DNA of 64,000 nucleotides from Bacteroidales bacterium (GTDB lineage Bacteria > Bacteroidota > Bacteroidia > Bacteroidales > VadinHA17): positions 1 to 64,000 of the forward strand of contig JALVJE010000138.1 in assembly GCA_027028505.1 (NCBI GenBank). The letters are read 5' to 3'. Positions 10,301 to 17,862 of this stretch are shown here, piece by piece (position 1 is the first letter of the stretch; every line of letters begins with the position of its first letter). Position numbers and translations under genes: made by a program. Below the pieces are notes generated by a model. That model did no database searches, was not told the origin of the DNA, and worked only from the letters and a program-made list of their open reading frames with translations.

Positions 10301-10705
10301 GGTCTTCAGGATCTCTTCCGAATTGACCGTACTGACCGCATATCCCAAAGATCTTTCCTGACGATGGAGCCCCAAGGCGGTGACCACCACCTCACCGACC
10401 TTTTGTGAGGTTTCGGAAAGCTGTACGTTGATCACATCGGATTTCCCGATAGGCACCTCTTTTGTCTCCATACCGACAAAAGAAAAGTGTAACGTTTGGG
10501 CACCTTCAGGCACTTTGATGCTGTATTTTCCATCAGCATCCGTGACAGCACCTATGCTGGTACCCTTCACAAGAACCGTCACTCCCGGCAAGGGAGAGCC
10601 GTCCTTCGCAGAGGTCACAGTCCCGGTAATCACCCGCTCCTGGGCATAAACACCGGTCAATACCGCCATAACAAGCAGTAGCGTTAAAAATAGAGTCCTC
10701 TTCAT
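7373..10705 (-). CDS. SusC/RagA-family TonB-linked outer-membrane transporter
   Basis: 1110 aa. Signal peptide, then a carboxypeptidase-regulatory-like domain (ITGTVTSAKDGSPLPGVTVLVKGTSIGAVTDADGKYSIKV), then a plug and a beta-barrel ending in an aromatic residue (TVRTSF). Confidence 0.9.
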   Translation of the reverse strand: MKRTLFLTLLLVMAVLTGVYAQERVITGTVTSAKDGSPLPGVTVLVKGTSIGAVTDADGKYSIKVPEGAQTLHFSFVGMETKEVPIGKSDVINVQLSETSQKVGEVVVTALGLHRQERSLGYAVSTVNSEEILKTGASNFGSALYGKAAGVRIQTAPGGPTSAVSITVRGLNSINFSSQPLIILDGVPIRNGEANNSGYWGDQRIRGNGLLDVNPEDIASISVLKGASASALYGSEAANGVIVIETKKGRKTNGLGIDFNYRYLNLTPAFEPPFQNEYGPGYSRDINQAYFGADDDGWVYEDLDGDGKAETPRPIYRSYAQFGPKFDGRQVIGWDNQMHPYVAQPDNWKNMFRTGFNSEANIAFSKAGEFGNFRFSYTRLDYRGVQRGGHTNKNTFNLNSSLKLSKRLTVDLTMNYVNQYVRNRPYRIDRITNNYGGFFSRFDDMQWYLDNYKTSKNYYFRTGNQPSATPDENLQYRVRATALLDFFWRTLRNLNEEYTNRLISSATMHWEITDWLSLRGRIAEDYTFLYSEDRLHNKVPLAIGNSGGFYMNDKRYGRLYGDALLSVNKKLGDDFRLIVNAGFQGRHEKYTNMSVGTRGGLSAENWFSINASVNTGTKNGNGSYSELMRYAWLGTASISFRDYAFLELTGRQEASSTLPPGSNSFFYPSLNSSFIFSDAFQLPDLISFGKFRVSYGIVGNAPPIYAANNAYNQGNVNGIVYNMVPSSYGNDKIRPEKKAEFETGLEMRFFHDRLGFELTYYNNHINDQILWLTVPPTVGAGRMLTNVGELANHGYEFSLNASIMQNSDFVWTIRSNFSINRNKVVSLMEGVDRLTHRNIDAGAALIVSEPGKPMGDILAYLPKKDENGNYIVNDPDGLYEIDFTEMKKVGNATPKIVGGIGNYFEYKGVYLDFGIDYRFGGSIVSLPSQYMKGAGMFEETLKYRDAAHGGISYYIDPNTNEKIQTSSDQGPNGERVFHDGLILPGVKSSDGSPNDIIVDAATYYMNTFTWGANPAWGIPYSRYDDAVRKNDYVKMREMSIGYNLPQSLVSKLKFSRIRVALTGFNLFYIYRTFKDFDAETTLGTNWVKAAVVGGSTSAARSIGFTVRTSF

Positions 10706-11033
10706 AGTTAAAGGTTTAAAGTTAAACTTAGGTTAATTTTAAAAATAATAATCTCCATCTCGCTCTATATCGATTTAGAGAGAAAATATATTGAAAAACA
10801 CTATCCGTAATATCATAAATCAACACTTTAGTTCCTGATTTTGAGCACTTTCTCTTATAACATTGCTCCGTTTTCCATAGCAATATTATCAGATTGTTTA
10901 TAATTTTCCAAAATCTAAATCGTTTAAAAAATGATCTTTTGGTAATTTATATTTATTCTAAATATAAACTAAGATTATATGTGATTTTTTATATCTCCTT
11001 AAATTCTTGATCTTCACCTTTTAAATTATATTA
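10706..11033. promoter_or_regulatory. AT-rich intergenic region, probable promoter region for the susC-like operon (minus) and the divergent small membrane-protein gene (plus)
   Basis: About 330 bp of very AT-rich non-coding DNA between divergent gene starts. Bacteroidota promoters (TAnnTTTG -7 motif) are expected here but no specific site is claimed. Confidence 0.3.
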
Positions 11034-11633
11034 GTGTTTTCAGAAAAAATTTTCATGTTTATGTACGATATAGAAGCATCATTGCCAAGAAAAATTGCCA
11101 AAGGAGGTGGCAAGGAGACGTTGTTTCGGGTCACCATCCGGGGCCAGATCTCCCTGATAGGCATCATGGACAGCAAGGCCAATCTTATCATCAGCATCAA
11201 CACCCTGCTGATCACGGGCGTTCTCGGGTTCCTCTCCGGTTCGCTTTATTTCTGGAATAGCAACCACACGATGAGCTTTACGGATCATATCCCTTTCATC
11301 ATTTTCCTCATCTTCTCCCTGGCAGCCATCACCTTTGCTATCCTCTCCACCCGCACCGATCTGCATCTCAAAAAATTCCTGGTCATGCAGAGCCCCATAC
11401 AGTTCTCCCTGACCCATTATAAAAAGGTACCGATCGAAGATTATCTCAAATATGTGGAAGAGATGCTGGCCTCTAACGAAATGATCTATGAGAACCTGAG
11501 CGTCGATCTCTATTTCCTGAGTCGTGTCATCTCACGGAAAACCCGTTTTCTCAACCTTTCCTACATGCTTTTCCTGGTCGGCCTCGTACTGGGGATCGGT
11601 CTGTTCCTGGTAAAGCTCATCCTTAAAAACTGA
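11034..11633 (+). CDS. Hypothetical small membrane protein (soluble N-terminal ~60 aa, two adjacent TM helices, C-terminal region with a third hydrophobic segment)
   Basis: ORF of 199 aa. Hydrophobic stretches LIISINTLLITGVLGFLSGSLYFW, IPFIIFLIFSLAAITFAILS and FLVGLVLGIGLFLVKLIL. No family recognised with confidence. Confidence 0.5.
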   Translation: MFSEKIFMFMYDIEASLPRKIAKGGGKETLFRVTIRGQISLIGIMDSKANLIISINTLLITGVLGFLSGSLYFWNSNHTMSFTDHIPFIIFLIFSLAAITFAILSTRTDLHLKKFLVMQSPIQFSLTHYKKVPIEDYLKYVEEMLASNEMIYENLSVDLYFLSRVISRKTRFLNLSYMLFLVGLVLGIGLFLVKLILKN

Positions 11634-11640
11634 TCTTCCC

Positions 11641-12726
11641 ATGAAAAGATCCTTGTTCAGACTATACAATACAGGCATTTTTCTGCTGTTGTTCCTGCTG
11701 CTCCGACCCGCTCCCGCCCAGCAGGTCACTTCCGACACTACGGGAACGATCACCGTTACCCCGGAAAAAGACTGGAACCTTTTCGGCCGCGACAGACTGG
11801 TCCGCCTGGCCCTTTACTACAATGGAAAGACGTACAGAAAGAACCGTTACAAACCTGAATATCAGAAAGCCCTGCTGCGCATCCAACTGGAGGACAGCAG
11901 CTGGGTGGACAAGCCGGTTAAGATTAAGGCCCGCGGGGAGTTCAGGCGTAATTACTGCTCCTACCCTCCTTTCAAGCTGAACATCAAGAAAGCCGATTTT
12001 GACAATCCCTACCTCGACAAAACGGGGGCCATGAAATTCGTCGTCCAGTGTAAAAGATCAAGGGATTATGAAGATTATCTTTTGAAGGAGTTTCTGATAT
12101 ACAAACTCTATAATCTGCTTACCGATCGCAGTTTCAGGGTGCGGCTGGTGGAGATGACCTATGTGGATTCCAGTAAAAAGAAAAACAATGTCTTCACCAA
12201 ATACGGCTTCCTGATCGAGCCGGTAAAGAACCTGTCCAAAAGGCTCAATGCTTTTTATGTTAAAAGCGGGGGTATAAAGATGAAGGATATGGACCCGGAG
12301 GCCATGGCACGTGTGGCTTTGTTCGAATATATGATCGGTAACACGGACTGGTCCCTCGCGGGGCAGCACAACGTCAAAGTATTCACGCTACTCGAGAACC
12401 AGCGATCCATTGCCATCCCGGTCCCTTACGATTTTGACTTTTCCGGAATGGTGAATGCCCCTTATGCAAACCCGGCTGAGAATTCGGGCCTGAAGAATGT
12501 CAGGGAAAGGCGTTACCTCGGCCCCTGCCTGCCGGAAGAGATCACGGAAAAAGTGGCAGGATCATTTCTGGAGAAAAGAAAGGAGATGGAACAGGTGATC
12601 ACGGATTTTCCCTATCTGAATGAGAAAGACAAAAAGGATATGCTTTACTATCTTGAAACATTCTTCGATGAATTAGAAAATAAAAACGTCCGGCAAAATT
12701 TGATATTCGGAGATTGCCTGAAGTAG
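11641..12726 (+). CDS. Hypothetical secreted protein
   Basis: Signal peptide MKRSLFRLYNTGIFLLLFLLLRPAPAQ. Lies 8 nt after the preceding membrane-protein gene, so likely co-transcribed. No recognisable family. Confidence 0.55.
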   Translation: MKRSLFRLYNTGIFLLLFLLLRPAPAQQVTSDTTGTITVTPEKDWNLFGRDRLVRLALYYNGKTYRKNRYKPEYQKALLRIQLEDSSWVDKPVKIKARGEFRRNYCSYPPFKLNIKKADFDNPYLDKTGAMKFVVQCKRSRDYEDYLLKEFLIYKLYNLLTDRSFRVRLVEMTYVDSSKKKNNVFTKYGFLIEPVKNLSKRLNAFYVKSGGIKMKDMDPEAMARVALFEYMIGNTDWSLAGQHNVKVFTLLENQRSIAIPVPYDFDFSGMVNAPYANPAENSGLKNVRERRYLGPCLPEEITEKVAGSFLEKRKEMEQVITDFPYLNEKDKKDMLYYLETFFDELENKNVRQNLIFGDCLK

Positions 12727-12866
12727 TGACGAGTTAGGAGTATCGAGTTAAGTCATTACGCTGCTACCTTGCTTCGCCGAAACGGCTACGCGCCGCGCCG
12801 TCGGCTCCTTTCGACCCGTCCGAACGGCCTCGGCCGGGCGGGCGAGTTCAGGAACCGCCTATGGCG

Positions 12867-12962
12867 GCTGATGGAAGGCGCTGCGCAGCCGAAATTAGTT
12901 CGCTACGCTCACGAAATTTACTCGCTAACGCTCGTGTAATTAGCAACCTGCGGTTGCGAAAT
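12867..12962 (+). repeat. Dispersed intergenic REP/MITE-like element, copy A
   Basis: ggcgctgcgcagccGAAATTAGTTCGCTACGCTCACGAAATTTACTCGCTAACGCTCGTGTAATTAgcaa... is near-identical to 48979-49083 (same orientation) and to the reverse complement of 27027-27157. Confidence 0.55.
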
Positions 12963-13010
12963 TAAGTAGTAATTTTATAGCTTACTTTTGCCTTAATACT
13001 TTTGCCTTTT

Positions 13011-14789
13011 TTACAGTGCCCTGTGCAGCACCCATTCATTCAGGATGGGCGGTTGGTTGCCCGGGCCGGTGATCACCAGACGGAAATAACGGCCCGTTAC
13101 CGGAACAAAGGCTACCTGATGGCCGGTGCCTTTCGTCGCTCCCTGAACTACGGTCACCCACTTTCCGTCCTTCTTCACCTGCAGCTCGAACTGCTGGCTT
13201 TTGTGGTCCCAGGGATGCCACGGTTCCACGAGGGCCATATGACCGATGGCCACCGGCTCACCCAGGTCCACCTCCACCCAGCCTTTATGTTCTCCTTCGG
13301 TCGTCCAGCGGTCCTTGGGATCGCCATCGAAGAGGTTGGACACTCTGGTGTTCTCAGAAGTGGAAGAAGCTTTACCTGTTTTGCCGTCCGTCGGCACCGG
13401 CAGTACATCCGGCTCTCCTTCAAAAGTAAAGGCCACAATGGAGATGACAGTGTCGGGAGCAGATGCCGGCACGCTGATCTCCACGTGCCCTTCTTTGTTT
13501 TCCACCTTCAGTGCTTCACCGGGCACCGCCGGCAACCATGCTTTCTGAGCCTTGTTGCGCAGCGGCACCTTCAGTACGCCGTCCTGCGGCCAGTCATACA
13601 CATGCAGATAGATGGTACTTCCCTTGCGTGTAGCGCGGCCCCAGGGTAGCCAGGGAAAGGGACTAGCCGTGGTGCCATAGATGGCCTCACTGTTCTTCTT
13701 CATCCAGGCGCCGATGTATTTCAGGCGGTCGATGCTGGCCTCCGGGATCAGGCCTTCGGAGGTGGGACCTACATTCAGCAGGAAGTTGCCGCCCTTGGAG
13801 ACGATCTCCGAGAGTTTGAGCAGGAGGTCTTTCCCCGACTTCCAGTTATGGTCCCACGATTTGTACCCCCAGGTATCGTTCATCGTCATGCACACCTCCC
13901 AGTTGCGGCCGGGAAAGCCGGTGGCGGGGATATACTGCTCGGGGGTCTCCAGGTCGCCGGGGATGCCACCACCCAGGCGGTTGTTGGTGATGAGATCAGG
14001 ATACTGTGCCACGATGGGCAGGAATTTCTCGGCCCGCTCGCGGGTCATCTCCTTCGGCGTGTCCCACCACAGGATATCGGGGTGATACTGAGAGAGGATC
14101 TCTTTCACCTGCGGCACAGCTATTTTATCCAGATATTCATCAAAGCTCCCCAACTGTGCGGGATCCCAGTGGCCGTCATGCTCGGCGGTGAACTTGTCGA
14201 TACGTGCCGAGTCGGGATTGTCCCAGCCGGCCCGGGCTAACACCCTGTAAGCAACGCCGCCGGGATGATTCCAGTCCTGCGCCTGGGAATAATACAGCCC
14301 GATGTGCATGTTCTGTTTACGGGCTGCCTTCACCAGCGCGCCGATCACATCTTTTTTGTAGGGCGTGGCATCCATGATGTCCCAGTCGGTCACCTTCGAG
14401 TCGAACATCCCGAAACCATCGTGGTGCTTGGAGGTGATCACCATGTATTTCATCCCGGCCTCCCTGGCCAGCGACACCCAGGCATCCGGATCATATTTGA
14501 CAGGGTTGAAAGATTTGGCGTACTCCTTGTATTCCGCCACGGGGATCTTGGCGTAATTCATGATCCACTCTCCGATCCCATTGATCTTATGCCCTTTGTA
14601 CACACCGGCCGGCACGGAATAGACCCCCCAATGAATGAACATGCCGAACTTGGCATCCCGCCACCAGGCCATCTTGTCGGTCTGTTGGGTACCGGCTTTT
14701 TTCTGCTCTTCCTTTTTCGGGGAAGAGGAACAATACGGAAGGGCTACCAAACTGATCGTCATAAGCGTAATGATCGTGATCTTTTTCAT
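13011..14789 (-). CDS. GH29 alpha-L-fucosidase with C-terminal F5/8 type C (discoidin) domain, lipoprotein
   Basis: Lipoprotein signal (..LVALPYCSSS). GH29 hallmarks FGMFIHWGVYSVPA, ITSKHHDGFGMFDS, HIGLYYSQAQDWNHP. C-terminal discoidin-like block (NLFDGDPKDRWTTEGEHKGWVEVDLG). Confidence 0.85.
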   Translation of the reverse strand: MKKITIITLMTISLVALPYCSSSPKKEEQKKAGTQQTDKMAWWRDAKFGMFIHWGVYSVPAGVYKGHKINGIGEWIMNYAKIPVAEYKEYAKSFNPVKYDPDAWVSLAREAGMKYMVITSKHHDGFGMFDSKVTDWDIMDATPYKKDVIGALVKAARKQNMHIGLYYSQAQDWNHPGGVAYRVLARAGWDNPDSARIDKFTAEHDGHWDPAQLGSFDEYLDKIAVPQVKEILSQYHPDILWWDTPKEMTRERAEKFLPIVAQYPDLITNNRLGGGIPGDLETPEQYIPATGFPGRNWEVCMTMNDTWGYKSWDHNWKSGKDLLLKLSEIVSKGGNFLLNVGPTSEGLIPEASIDRLKYIGAWMKKNSEAIYGTTASPFPWLPWGRATRKGSTIYLHVYDWPQDGVLKVPLRNKAQKAWLPAVPGEALKVENKEGHVEISVPASAPDTVISIVAFTFEGEPDVLPVPTDGKTGKASSTSENTRVSNLFDGDPKDRWTTEGEHKGWVEVDLGEPVAIGHMALVEPWHPWDHKSQQFELQVKKDGKWVTVVQGATKGTGHQVAFVPVTGRYFRLVITGPGNQPPILNEWVLHRAL

Positions 14790-15004
14790 AGTTGACTGAT
14801 TTTATATTATCCTTTATAGTGAATTATCCTTCAAAAGAAACCTAACAAATTTACCGAATAATCCTAAGATCACCAATAGAAGATCGCAGGCACTATCCAT
14901 GGCTGATCCGCGGTTTGAGAAAAATAAGCCGGGTCAATGGGTCAATATGAAAAAAACTACGATCTTTGCCCCTCCGCAAAATGGAAAATATAAAAAACCA
15001 AGCC

Positions 15005-16675
15005 ATGAGATCAGACATTGAGATCGCACAATCGGTTTCCTTAAAGCCTATCACAGAGATCGCCGAAAAGATCGGAGTGGATCCTGAGCAACTGGAATTA
15101 TACGGAAAGTACAAGGCCAAGTTGCCTCTTTCCCTCAACGACAGGCAAAAAGCCGGGCAAAGCAACCTGATTCTCGTATCCGCCATCTCCCCCACCCCTG
15201 CCGGTGAAGGGAAGACCACCATCTCCATTGGGTTGTCGGAAGGTATGAACAGACTGAAAAAAAACACCATTGTCGTATTGAGAGAGCCTTCGCTGGGTCC
15301 TGTTTTCGGGATCAAAGGAGGCGCCACGGGGGGCGGGTATTCCCAGGTACTGCCTATGGAAGATATCAACCTGCATTTTACGGGCGATTTTGCAGCCATC
15401 GAGAAAGCCCATAACCTCCTGGCTGCCCTGATCGACAACAACCTGCAGAGCAAGACCCGGTCGCTGGGCATCGATGCCCGGACCGTCACCTGGAAAAGGG
15501 TGATGGATATGAACGACCGGGCCCTCCGCCACATCGTCATTGGTCTGGGTGGCACCTCCTCGGGTGTGCCCCGGGAATCGGGATTCGATATCACGGCAGC
15601 CTCCGAGATCATGGCCATCCTCTGCCTGGCCGATGACATCCCGGACCTGAAAAGAAGGATCGGGAATATATTTATCGGTTTCACCTATGACAAGAAACCG
15701 GTTTATGCCCGTGACCTGCATGCCGAAGGGGCTATGACCGCCCTGTTGAAGGACGCCATCAAACCCAATCTGGTACAGACTATCGAAGGCAATGCCGCCA
15801 TCATCCATGGCGGACCCTTTGCCAACATTGCCCAGGGAACCAACAGTGTCATCGCCACCCGCACCGGACTATCCCTGGCCAACTATGTGGTTACCGAAGC
15901 CGGTTTCGGTTTTGATCTGGGGGCTGAGAAATTCTTCGATATCAAATGCGGTTATGCCGGTCTGAGCCCCAAAGTGGTGGTACTGGTAGCTACGGTACGG
16001 GCCCTGAAATATCATGGCAACGGCAATGTAAAAGATCTCTCACAACCCGACCCGGAGACCCTGCGAAAAGGGCTGGGCAACCTGGAAAAACATATTGAAA
16101 ATATCCGTCTTTTCGGCATCAGACCAGTAGTCGCCATCAACAAATTTTCTTCGGATACTGAGGAGGAGATCAATATCATACGGGAAAAGTGTGACGAGAT
16201 GGGTGTGAAACATGCAGTGGCCGAGGCTTGGGAAAAAGGAGGCGCCGGCACGATCGAGCTGGCAGAACTGGTTATACAGGAAGCAGCTGCTTGTGATCAC
16301 ACTTACACACCACTCTATGACTGGAATATGAGCATCCGGGAAAAAATAGAAACGGTGGCAAAAAAAATATACGGGGCCAAAGCCATCGACTACCGGCCCA
16401 AAGCGTTAAATGATCTGAAGAAGATCGAAAGCCTGGGCCTGGAGAAAGTACCCGTATGTATCGCCAAAACGCAAAAGTCCCTCTCCGACAATCCCAAGCT
16501 ACTGGGCCGTCCTAAGGACTTCATTGTGACCGTACGGGAAATTGAGATCGCTGCAGGCGCAGGTTTCGTGGTACCCATCACCGGCAATATTATGCGCATG
16601 CCCGGCCTGCCCGAAGAACCAGCCGCCGAAAGAATAGATATTGATGAACATGGCAGGATAACCGGACTATTTTGA
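15005..16675 (+). CDS. fhs: Formate--tetrahydrofolate ligase (formyltetrahydrofolate synthetase)
   Basis: MRSDIEIAQSVSLKPITEIAEKIGV... with P-loop PTPAGEGKTTISIGL, full length about 556 aa. The ORF-track start at 14966 is probably an over-extension and the conserved N-terminus begins at the internal Met at 15005. Confidence 0.9.
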   Translation: MRSDIEIAQSVSLKPITEIAEKIGVDPEQLELYGKYKAKLPLSLNDRQKAGQSNLILVSAISPTPAGEGKTTISIGLSEGMNRLKKNTIVVLREPSLGPVFGIKGGATGGGYSQVLPMEDINLHFTGDFAAIEKAHNLLAALIDNNLQSKTRSLGIDARTVTWKRVMDMNDRALRHIVIGLGGTSSGVPRESGFDITAASEIMAILCLADDIPDLKRRIGNIFIGFTYDKKPVYARDLHAEGAMTALLKDAIKPNLVQTIEGNAAIIHGGPFANIAQGTNSVIATRTGLSLANYVVTEAGFGFDLGAEKFFDIKCGYAGLSPKVVVLVATVRALKYHGNGNVKDLSQPDPETLRKGLGNLEKHIENIRLFGIRPVVAINKFSSDTEEEINIIREKCDEMGVKHAVAEAWEKGGAGTIELAELVIQEAAACDHTYTPLYDWNMSIREKIETVAKKIYGAKAIDYRPKALNDLKKIESLGLEKVPVCIAKTQKSLSDNPKLLGRPKDFIVTVREIEIAAGAGFVVPITGNIMRMPGLPEEPAAERIDIDEHGRITGLF

Positions 16676-16710
16676 TCTGCGAAGGACCAGCAGGAACAGT
16701 ATCAGGACAT

Positions 16711-17805
16711 TCATCTTTTCCTTATAGGAGTCCTCTTAAACCCGGATATATGGAGGTTGATATCGGTATTGGGATCATAGTCTTCCCGGTCGGTGTATAT
16801 GACGTCACCCTGTTCGTTCACCCATCGGTACTGCCATTGGTTTGAGCCCGTCTCCACCTCATGGGTATAGGGATTAACATATTCCTCCCGGTCGGTCAGT
16901 GTCAGGAACATATCGTTGTGAATCTCAGCATTGGTTTTTTGTTGATGTTCCACCATCTCCCTTTCCAGTTTTTGCATTTCCTGTTGTGTACGTAACATGA
17001 TCTTGCCACGTTGTATCTGCCCCTGGATCTCACCGGCCACCCATTGCGGGTTCAACCGGACAGAGTTCAGGATGATACTGAAAACCGGCTCCCATTGTTT
17101 GAAGTTGCCGGCCGGAGCACGTATCAGGAAAGTTCCTTTGTTTCCCCACATACCGGCCCCTAACTGCCCCATGTTCTCGATCACCCCCACCAGTTTTTCC
17201 TCAAAACCTATTCCACCTTCCTGATAGCTGACCGTGATCACAGCCGCATCATAGCTGAACCCCAGGCCGGGCATCATGGCATTGATCCTTTGCTGATAAC
17301 CCTGCGCCAGTTTTTTTGCAGGATGCGTTTCCAGTGTACGGAAACCTGTGACCTGCGGATGTGCATACGGGAAAGCCACCTGTTGTAAAAAGACAGCAGC
17401 AGGCACAAGAGGGTAAACGGTCATCCCGTTGTAGTTGCTACCCACCGGGAACATGGCCGCTGCGGGCATGTTCCTGTTATCAAAAAAAAGCACATCCGGC
17501 AGCCAGCGTATCATGACCGTTCCGGCCGCATCTTTTTTAACTGAGAAGTCCAGCTTTGCCGCAATGGACTGTGCAGCACCTCCCTGCGTCCTCGGATCCA
17601 CCCGGAAGATACCCCCATCCACCTGCCAGCCCCTGGGCACCAGTAAGCTGAAGGCTTTCTCACGAGGCTCATACACCCGTGTAAAGACCACGGTCACCGG
17701 CTTATCTGATATCTGAACGATCTTCTCTTGAGCCGGTATGGGAAAAAATAAAATAAAAAGTAACACACCGGCAGTAACAGGTTTTTTCAGGTAATTGGTT
17801 TTCAT
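16711..17805 (-). CDS. Hypothetical secreted protein
   Basis: Signal peptide MKTNYLKKPVTAGVLLFILFFPIPAQ. 364 aa. No family recognised. Confidence 0.5.
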   Translation of the reverse strand: MKTNYLKKPVTAGVLLFILFFPIPAQEKIVQISDKPVTVVFTRVYEPREKAFSLLVPRGWQVDGGIFRVDPRTQGGAAQSIAAKLDFSVKKDAAGTVMIRWLPDVLFFDNRNMPAAAMFPVGSNYNGMTVYPLVPAAVFLQQVAFPYAHPQVTGFRTLETHPAKKLAQGYQQRINAMMPGLGFSYDAAVITVSYQEGGIGFEEKLVGVIENMGQLGAGMWGNKGTFLIRAPAGNFKQWEPVFSIILNSVRLNPQWVAGEIQGQIQRGKIMLRTQQEMQKLEREMVEHQQKTNAEIHNDMFLTLTDREEYVNPYTHEVETGSNQWQYRWVNEQGDVIYTDREDYDPNTDINLHISGFKRTPIRKR

Positions 17806-17862
17806 GATACCCTCCGGATTTTTGTATCAACAATTTCCTGATTTTTTTCAAGAATTACAAAT

